From: Minisyncoccota bacterium
GTDB taxonomy: Bacteria > Patescibacteriota > Minisyncoccia > Phycocordibacterales > Zambryskibacteraceae
DNA: 64,000 nt
Assembly: GCA_036517475.1 (NCBI GenBank)
Contig: DATDVZ010000003.1
Coordinates: forward strand, 56 to 64,055
Direction: 5' to 3'
Shown: one piece after another, positions 58,041-64,000 of the stretch
How the letters are laid out: each line of letters starts with the position of its first letter
Position numbering within the stretch: the first letter of the stretch is position 1
The notes under the pieces: model-generated
Databases searched by the model: none
Seen by the model: the letters and a program-made list of their open reading frames with translations, nothing else
Told to the model about the DNA's origin: nothing
Made by a program: the position numbers and the translations under genes

Positions 58041-58427
58041 TTAAATTACTTCTATCTTATCTCCCTCTTTCAAATATACATAAACTTTTTTTCCAGGACC
58101 TCTTTTCCCCGATTTCCCTTTGACAAAAAATCTTTTCTCAGGAATTTTGACAGATGCGATTTTTATTGGGTTTACTTTATACAAATCATAAATGGCTTTT
58201 TTAACCTGAGTTTTGGCTGTAGATTTGGACACTTCAAAAATGTAAACATTTTTTGCAGATAGACCGGTAGCTTTCTCAGTGACTCTTGGTTTAATCAAAA
58301 CAATTGAATTAACAGTTGCCCCAAGCCCAACTAATTTAGAATCGTCGGCTTTTTTTTCCTTAGGAGAAATCGTCTCCGCATTCATCGTTGTCTCATTCTT
58401 TTTTTCTTTTTTTCTAAATATGGCCAT
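58041..58427 (-). CDS. rplW: 50S ribosomal protein L23 (with an N-terminal extension)
   Basis: ...NSIVLIKPRVTEKATGLSAKNVYIFEVSKSTAKTQVKKAIYDLYKV... Confidence 0.8.
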   Translation of the reverse strand: MAIFRKKEKKNETTMNAETISPKEKKADDSKLVGLGATVNSIVLIKPRVTEKATGLSAKNVYIFEVSKSTAKTQVKKAIYDLYKVNPIKIASVKIPEKRFFVKGKSGKRGPGKKVYVYLKEGDKIEVI

Positions 58428-58442
58428 GAATTAACTTATGAC

Positions 58443-59288
58443 TTACAACTTACCACCTACAACTCTTCTTTTTGAAGATAATTTTTTAACTTCTTTTTTT
58501 GCTTTTGGTTCTGAATCTATTGTTGTCGGTTGTATGTTGTCAGTTGTTTGTCCTTTTATTTTCGCCTGCAGAATTCTTATTGACGCTTCTGGGTTTACGA
58601 GAATCAGAAGTTTTTTATTTAATACTGAAACTGGATTTAAATTTCTTGCTTCATCAATTTCTATATTAGGAATATTTCTGAAACTTCTTAACAAGTTTTC
58701 ATTACTTTCACCAAGCGCGATAAGTGCAGCATTATTTTTCCTATTAAGCACCAACTCAATTCCCTCTATCTTTTTGAGCGAGGATAGGATTTCTACGGCC
58801 TTTTTAGTCTTGGGGGATGGAATTTTAAATTCATCAACAAAAAACAACTCTTTATCATAAAATTTACGGGAGAGAACACTAAAGAGCGCCTTGATTCTCA
58901 TTTTTTTATTTACTTTGCGTAAATAATTTTTCTCTTTTCTTGGCCCATGAGCCACACCTCCTCCCACCCAGATAGGGGAGCGGATAGAACCATGGCGCGC
59001 TCTACCTGTGCCTTTCTGACGCCATGGTTTTTTACCTCCACCTCTAACATCAGCACGACTTTTAGTATGAGCGGTTCCGGATCTTCCACTTGAGCGCATT
59101 GATGTTACTACCTGATGCACGAGATCTGCATTCCACCTCAAACCAAAAACTCTTTCAGGAATTTTGATTTTTCCTACTTGCTCTCCTTTTTGGTTGTATA
59201 CAACTGCATCCATCCTATTAGCAGCGGATCGCGGCCCACTTTTTTTCTCGTTTATTGCGGTTGATTTTTTTTCTAATATTTCTTGCAT
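58443..59288 (-). CDS. rplD: 50S ribosomal protein L4 with a repeat-encoded C-terminal extension
   Basis: ...GGGKKPWRQKGTGRARHGSIRSPIWVGGGVAHGP..., then the tail ...QTTDNIQPTTIDSEPKAKKEVKKLSSKRRVVGGKL. Confidence 0.85.
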   Translation of the reverse strand: MQEILEKKSTAINEKKSGPRSAANRMDAVVYNQKGEQVGKIKIPERVFGLRWNADLVHQVVTSMRSSGRSGTAHTKSRADVRGGGKKPWRQKGTGRARHGSIRSPIWVGGGVAHGPRKEKNYLRKVNKKMRIKALFSVLSRKFYDKELFFVDEFKIPSPKTKKAVEILSSLKKIEGIELVLNRKNNAALIALGESNENLLRSFRNIPNIEIDEARNLNPVSVLNKKLLILVNPEASIRILQAKIKGQTTDNIQPTTIDSEPKAKKEVKKLSSKRRVVGGKL

Positions 59289-59347
59289 GCTGTTGTTAAT
59301 ACTTTAAGTCATGACCGTAGATTCTAACGGGATCCATGTTTTACCTT

Positions 59348-59968
59348 TTAACTTTTATCTTTTATCTCAACTATTGTTCCTCTCCTTCCTGGCACGGCTC
59401 CGGAAATAAAAATCCTGTTGTTTTCCTGATCTACTTGTACGACTCTTAAGTTTTTTGTCGTAATTCGATCGGCACCCATCCTTCCCGCCATTCTCATTCC
59501 CTTGGGAACTCTGGTACGCAAACCGCCGCCGATAGATCCAGGCTCGCGTTCAGAGTGTTTTTGACCATGGCTTCTGGGACCACCTCTGAATCCGTGGCGC
59601 TTAACGACACCCTGAAAACCCTTGCCTTTTGATATGCCGCTTACTTCAACCATATCTCCGGGAGAAAAAATTGACACATCAATCTTGTCTCCCCTTTTCC
59701 AGCCCGAGGCTGGTCCGCCTTGGGCAGAAAATTCCTTAAGAATTTCAAAGTTTCCAAGTTCTTTAGTTTCTCCCCTGACACTTTTTGAAATTCTTTTTTC
59801 TTTTCTTTTACCGAATCCTACCTGAACAGCTTCATAGCCGTCTCTTTCTTTATCCTTAACTCGTATTACTGTGATTGGTTCTGCACAAAGCAAAGTAACG
59901 GCAGTAACCCTTCCGTCTTCACCGAAGATCTGTGTCATTTTTTCTTTTTTTGCGATTAAAAAACGCAT
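59348..59968 (-). CDS. rplC: 50S ribosomal protein L3
   Basis: ...KGKGFQGVVKRHGFRGGPRSHGQ... Confidence 0.9.
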   Translation of the reverse strand: MRFLIAKKEKMTQIFGEDGRVTAVTLLCAEPITVIRVKDKERDGYEAVQVGFGKRKEKRISKSVRGETKELGNFEILKEFSAQGGPASGWKRGDKIDVSIFSPGDMVEVSGISKGKGFQGVVKRHGFRGGPRSHGQKHSEREPGSIGGGLRTRVPKGMRMAGRMGADRITTKNLRVVQVDQENNRIFISGAVPGRRGTIVEIKDKS

Positions 59969-59980
59969 GTTTTTTAATTA

Positions 59981-60053
59981 CTTACAACCTACAACATACA
60001 ACTTGCAACAATTTTGAATTTTAGTTGTTAGTTGTAAGTTGTTAGTTGTTAGT
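59981..60053. repeat. Palindromic GTTGTTAGTTG / CAACTAACAAC repeat element in the rpsJ-rplC intergenic region
   Basis: cttacaacctacaacatacaacttgcaacaattttgaattttagttgttagttgtaagttgttagttgtt: the two halves are imperfect reverse complements. Confidence 0.8.
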
Positions 60054-60479
60054 TTACATCAGCTTCACATCAATACTCACCCCCGATGGCAAATTCAAAT
60101 TTGTCAGAGATTCAATAAGTTTAGGAGTTGGGTTAACTATGTCTATTAGTCTCTTGTGAATCCTCATTTCAAACTGCTCTCGCGCATTTTTGTACACAAA
60201 TGAGGCACGGTTGACTGTGTATTTCTTGATCTCAGTCGGCAAGGGTATCGGTCCTTGAACTTCTGCGTCATATCGCAGAGCCGTATCGATAATCTGTTTC
60301 ACCGAAATATCAAGAATTTTATACTCATAAGCACGAACTCTGATCCTTAATTTTGAAGTTACTTCTTCTTTGGAAACCTTTGTAGGTTTTGGGGTCACAA
60401 CTTTTTTGGCTTTGGTTGCTTTTACCTTTTTCGCTTTTTTAGGAACTGATTCTTCTTTTTTTGTTTTTGCTTTGGGCAT
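60054..60479 (-). CDS. rpsJ: 30S ribosomal protein S10 (Lys-rich ~40-aa N-terminal extension)
   Basis: ...[71 protein letters not shown]... Confidence 0.85.
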   Translation of the reverse strand: MPKAKTKKEESVPKKAKKVKATKAKKVVTPKPTKVSKEEVTSKLRIRVRAYEYKILDISVKQIIDTALRYDAEVQGPIPLPTEIKKYTVNRASFVYKNAREQFEMRIHKRLIDIVNPTPKLIESLTNLNLPSGVSIDVKLM

Positions 60480-60492
60480 TGTATTTCCAATA

Positions 60493-60607
60493 ACGAGTGA
60501 GAATTAGTTTTGAAGAGCCTTGCGCAGTCCCGCCATAGCGGAACGAGCAGAGAAAATTTTCAGTAGAAAATTATTCGTGCTCTCTCAAAAACAATTCGAA
60601 TGAGTCT
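60493..60607. repeat. GC-rich hairpin repeat element (family B) flanked by ACGAGTGAG / CGAATGAGT direct repeats, between tuf and rpsJ
   Basis: ccttgcgcagtcccgccatagcggaacgagcagagaaaattttcagtagaaaattattcgtgc closely resembles copies at 10430-10493 and 10532-10596. Confidence 0.7.
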
Positions 60608-61828
60608 TTATGCAGTGATCTTAGTAACCACTCCTGCCCCGACAGTTTTACCACCCTCACGGATAGCAAATCTCTGCTTTTCTTCAAGAGCAACTGGTGC
60701 AACAAGTTTGACTTTGAAAGTTACTGTATCACCTGGCATTACCATTTCCACTTTTTCAGGAAGAGTAACTTCTCCAGTAACATCGGTTGTTCTAATGTAA
60801 AACTGCGGCTTATATCCTGTAAAGAACGGGGTATGTCTTCCACCTTCCTCTTTTTTGAGAATATAAACCTCTGATTCAAATTCTGTGTGGGGCGTAACTG
60901 ATCCGGGTTTGGAAAGAACCTGTCCGCGGGTAATGTCTTCTTTTTTGAGTCCACGAACAAGAATGCCAGCATTGTCTCCAGCAATTCCAGATTCTAGTGA
61001 TTTATTGAACATCTCAATACCAGTCACAACAGTTTTCGCTGTCGGCTTAAGACCAACCACTTCCACCTCCTCATTGATTTTGACTTGGCCTCTTTCAATT
61101 CTCCCGGTAACAACTGTCCCTCTGCCTTCAATTGAGAAGATATCCTCAACTGGCATGAGAAATGGCTTGTCCACTTCACGCACTGGCATAGGAATGTATG
61201 AATCAAGAGTATTTACTAATTCAAGCACCTTTACCGCCCATTCATCATCAACACTCTTTGATTCAAGTGCCTTTAGCCCAGATCCGCGGATAACCGGAGT
61301 TGCATCGTCAAATCCGTGCTTCTTGAGAAGTTCTTTAACTTCCTCTTCAACCAAGTCTATGAGTTCTTTGTCCTCTACCTGATCGCATTTGTTCAGGAAA
61401 ACAATCATTTTGGGTACTCCTACTTGCTTTGCAAGAAGTACATGCTCTCTGGTTTGAGGCATCACTCCGTCAGTTGCAGCAACTACAAGCACTGCTCCAT
61501 CCATTTGAGCTGCTCCTGTAATCATGTTTTTGATGTAGTCAGCATGACCCGGAGCATCAATGTGAGCGTAGTGGCGATTCGGTGTCCAGTATTCAGAATG
61601 GTGCAAAGCAATAGTAATGCCACGCGCCTTTTCTTCTGGTGCAGAGTCAATCTTATCAACACCCTCAACCCTTGCCCCGTATCCTTTGTCCTTGCTCATA
61701 TCAAGAACGTGAAGAATGGAAGCGGTCAGAGTTGTTTTGCCGTGGTCAACGTGGCCGATTGTACCAACATTGACGTGCGGCTTACTTCTATCAAATGTTT
61801 CTGCCATGATAATTATTTGTTTTCTCAA
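60608..61828 (-). CDS. tuf: Elongation factor Tu
   Basis: [22 protein letters not shown] and SAL motifs; 406 aa. Confidence 0.95.
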   Translation of the reverse strand: MRKQIIIMAETFDRSKPHVNVGTIGHVDHGKTTLTASILHVLDMSKDKGYGARVEGVDKIDSAPEEKARGITIALHHSEYWTPNRHYAHIDAPGHADYIKNMITGAAQMDGAVLVVAATDGVMPQTREHVLLAKQVGVPKMIVFLNKCDQVEDKELIDLVEEEVKELLKKHGFDDATPVIRGSGLKALESKSVDDEWAVKVLELVNTLDSYIPMPVREVDKPFLMPVEDIFSIEGRGTVVTGRIERGQVKINEEVEVVGLKPTAKTVVTGIEMFNKSLESGIAGDNAGILVRGLKKEDITRGQVLSKPGSVTPHTEFESEVYILKKEEGGRHTPFFTGYKPQFYIRTTDVTGEVTLPEKVEMVMPGDTVTFKVKLVAPVALEEKQRFAIREGGKTVGAGVVTKITA

Positions 61829-61992
61829 TTTACCGCACGAGATTTACCCGTTAAATTTTGCATTGCAAAATTTTTTCGGGGTTTGGTAAATTAAAAAAAC
61901 AAGAAAATTAAGCGAATAAAAAAACCTGCCCTGTTAAAACAAGAACAGGACGCGATACCCTATACCCTATTAGAGAAGAATTCGCGTGGGCA

Positions 61993-62023
61993 TTATAATA
62001 ACAGAGGCTGAATTTATCGTCAA
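61993..62023 (-). promoter_or_regulatory. Candidate promoter upstream of tuf
   Basis: On the minus strand: TTGACG, 17-nt spacer, TATTAT. Confidence 0.3.
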
Positions 62024-62210
62024 TCCAGCAGAAAATTTTATTACAAAAGATTTATCAAAATTGTTAATAAGTTTGTGGATTATATGGGTACATCTTGTGG
62101 AAAATGAAACCGCGTATCCCATAAGGATACGCAGTTAGCCAAGTTGGCCGCCAGAGTGCTCTACCTCTGCAAACGGCCACAGGCACCAAAAAGTGGCGAT
62201 TTGGGCTTTA

Positions 62211-62402
62211 CTACTCCACTTCCGCCTGCCTTAATTCCGAAATCCGGCCCTTCTGACGATGGCCCTGTCTCTCTTTAACATGCCGATGAGAGTGGCCATT
62301 ACCCTTGCCGTTTCTCTTCATGACTTTGAGAATTTCATTTACTCTTTTAAGGGTGTCGGCATGGGATGAAGATCGCGGATTCCGGAAAGCAGGAAAAGTC
62401 AT
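62211..62402 (-). CDS. Hypothetical small basic (His/Arg/Lys-rich) protein
   Basis: 63-aa ORF. Composition resembles a small ribosomal-type protein, but no family could be assigned. Confidence 0.3.
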   Translation of the reverse strand: MTFPAFRNPRSSSHADTLKRVNEILKVMKRNGKGNGHSHRHVKERQGHRQKGRISELRQAEVE

Positions 62403-62597
62403 TACTTTTCTCCTGAAAACGTGAGAGAGGAACTGCCTTTAAATATCTAACCTGATTTGAATTTTTTTGTCAACGCATGAAGATCTTCCTGATATTTTTA
62501 AATCGTAGAAAGTTAGCAGATTGACATTGATAGAGTTGACTTATCTCACTAAAAGACTACGCTAACATTTAGAATTGACCTTAATAAAGGAGAGAAT

Positions 62598-63035
62598 ATG
62601 ACAATGCCAGCTTGGCAGCGGCGGGAGATGGAAAGACAGCATCTCCTTGAGGAAATGAGAACTGAGATGTATCACGCAGATGAGTTAGTTGGAAGAGGAT
62701 TAGACTCAAGAAACTCCTTTCTTTTTGGGCTAGCGAAAATAATTTTGCGACATTTGGATCTCAAAGGACGACCTCCCGATAGAGATCCTACTGCTTCGTC
62801 AAACTATTCTTACTGGCGTGCATTGATTTTTTTTGAGCAAGTTATTTGGAGTAAAATTTTTTGCTTCGGTCGTTCTCAGGAAGAAAAGCTTGCTTTACTC
62901 GCCCAGTTTCTCAAAGATACAGTTATTCCGGCTATAACATTTCCTTTTAGGAGTGAGCTTTCTCGCCAAGAAATGCTCGACCCAAAACGCATCTTACTTG
63001 CCGACCGTATGGACGAAATTACCATACCTGAATGA
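62598..63035 (+). CDS. Hypothetical protein
   Basis: 145-aa ORF preceded by GGAGAG SD. Followed by a bidirectional terminator ccccaagc-atttct-gcttgggg (63041-63062). Confidence 0.5.
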   Translation: MTMPAWQRREMERQHLLEEMRTEMYHADELVGRGLDSRNSFLFGLAKIILRHLDLKGRPPDRDPTASSNYSYWRALIFFEQVIWSKIFCFGRSQEEKLALLAQFLKDTVIPAITFPFRSELSRQEMLDPKRILLADRMDEITIPE

Positions 63036-63074
63036 AAAAACCCCAAGCATTTCTGCTTGGGGTATTTTTACACT

Positions 63075-63779
63075 TTAGTTATCAGGATGAGTCTGGCCAT
63101 ACCCGGTTTGGGTAGTCCGGTCATAATCTGCAGCGCTCCGGCTCGCTCCAGCCGCCGTCCTTCCCATCTCGGTCATTGATTTACCAATCTCCGCTCCACC
63201 CTTGAGTACTTTGATCCAATGCTCCGGAATACCCATAGAAGCGAAAACTTGCCAAAAGTTGGTATGTCCATCCGAGACAGCACATCCTCCGACAATGTGG
63301 ACACCTGTCGCAAGCATTTCATCCACCATCGTTTTGACATCTGAAGCAAAAATGCCTCTAGAATCGTTATCGCCGCCATCGGTGAAGATAAGGGTCATGG
63401 TGCGAACAGTATAGCCTTCCGCAGTCAGTCGCTTTGCCTCCTCGATAATATTCACAAGCGCTACAGTACTGCGCAAGTAAAGGGGTGTATCGCCGTGAGG
63501 TCGGTAGTTATCACGAGAAAGGAGCGTAACATCTGCTGGCGGCACAAAACCACCCTCCGAATCCGAATGAAGAAACATGATCTTCGAGCGCACTTGACCA
63601 GGTGCACCGCGAATCTCATTAAGGAAATTGTTATAGCCGTCAATGACGGGTTGAGTGTTTCCTGCCCCTTCAATCGAACTTGAATCGTCAACGAGAAACA
63701 GGAGAAGTAAGACCTCCTTTACTCCGGCAACGAGCTCTCCATCCGGAACCCACTGGGTTAACTCACGCTTTTCATCCAT
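63075..63779 (-). CDS. von Willebrand factor type A (vWA) domain protein
   Basis: MIDAS motif LVDDSSSI (D-x-S-x-S), a downstream Thr/Asp ligand pattern (TDGGDND), 234 aa. Confidence 0.7.
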   Translation of the reverse strand: MDEKRELTQWVPDGELVAGVKEVLLLLFLVDDSSSIEGAGNTQPVIDGYNNFLNEIRGAPGQVRSKIMFLHSDSEGGFVPPADVTLLSRDNYRPHGDTPLYLRSTVALVNIIEEAKRLTAEGYTVRTMTLIFTDGGDNDSRGIFASDVKTMVDEMLATGVHIVGGCAVSDGHTNFWQVFASMGIPEHWIKVLKGGAEIGKSMTEMGRTAAGASRSAADYDRTTQTGYGQTHPDN

Positions 63780-64000
63780 ATAGGACTCCTTTCAGTAAAT
63801 GTGGTGAGAGACGGTTAGAAATATGTAAGGGCAACTCTATAACCATTAGACACTTTAGTATACTTTTGTCAAGAATAACGTATAGGTTCAATAGCTTGGC
63901 ACCACTTGGTGGAATATCATCAAGTATATGTCATACACAAATAGCAAGAACATGCCGAGAATTAGAAGAGAGGCCGCAAGGCTAATTCATCGAGGTTGGA

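Noticed and set aside
62108-62190. tRNA-like segment upstream of tuf (ggtgcctgtggccg...)
   Set aside because: It lacks a T-loop and a D-arm. It contains only a short hairpin (gcgtatcc-cataa-ggatacgc) and a small palindrome.

Overview
Low-GC, tightly packed bacterial chromosome window. Gene content and layout are consistent with a Patescibacteria/CPR-like genome; this lineage call is inference, based on a large type IV pilus cluster with seven pilin-like genes, no L30 gene between rpsE and rplO, and SD-poor leaders. No rRNA genes and no CRISPR array were found.

On the minus strand the window contains, left to right:
- a PurE-like fragment, a GIY-YIG nuclease, tRNA-Asp and tRNA-Met(CAT), and a membrane-anchored HEPN-like protein;
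- gatA, gatC and ligA;
- a complete type IV pilus locus (unknown pilus-associated ORF, three minor pilins, pilD, three pilins, pilC, pilT, a CheY-like response regulator, pilB, a small ORF, pilO, pilN, pilM), with comFC divergent from pilM;
- two GC-richer unknown genes, tRNA-Ser(GCT) with a pile-up of tRNA 3'-end repeats, and a truncated MFS gene;
- a duplicated ~200-bp leader cassette (14-bp terminal inverted repeats, promoter, SD, conserved uORF) fused to the start codons of two different genes (a DoxX-like membrane protein and a cupredoxin-like protein), then recG;
- secreted and surface proteins, including a 1,537-aa putative adhesin with two peptidoglycan-binding-like domains and a (PN)n microsatellite;
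- tRNA-Ile with an unusual UAU anticodon, a ClpP-like peptidase, ftsH and cspA;
- a probable tmRNA next to smpB, then infC-rpmI-rplT on the plus strand;
- ndk-map-adk-secY and the spc/S10 ribosomal superoperon through rpsJ and tuf.

The most notable observations are:
- a two-gene, GC-richer cassette of unknown function inserted between rplB and rpsS inside the S10 operon;
- a family of CAACTAACAAC/GTTGTTAGTTG palindromic repeats that lie inside the 3' ends of rplD and rplV and give both proteins a shared C-terminal tail (...NIQPTT...VVGGKL);
- a second family of GC-rich hairpin insertions flanked by ACGAGT direct repeats, found downstream of tuf, pilB and a pilin gene;
- a nucleotide-level element conserved across reading frames upstream of two pilin genes, and a leader-encoded hairpin that is kept by compensatory substitutions;
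- the duplicated TIR-flanked leader/uORF cassette.

All functional calls come from motif recognition in the supplied translations. No database searches were run.
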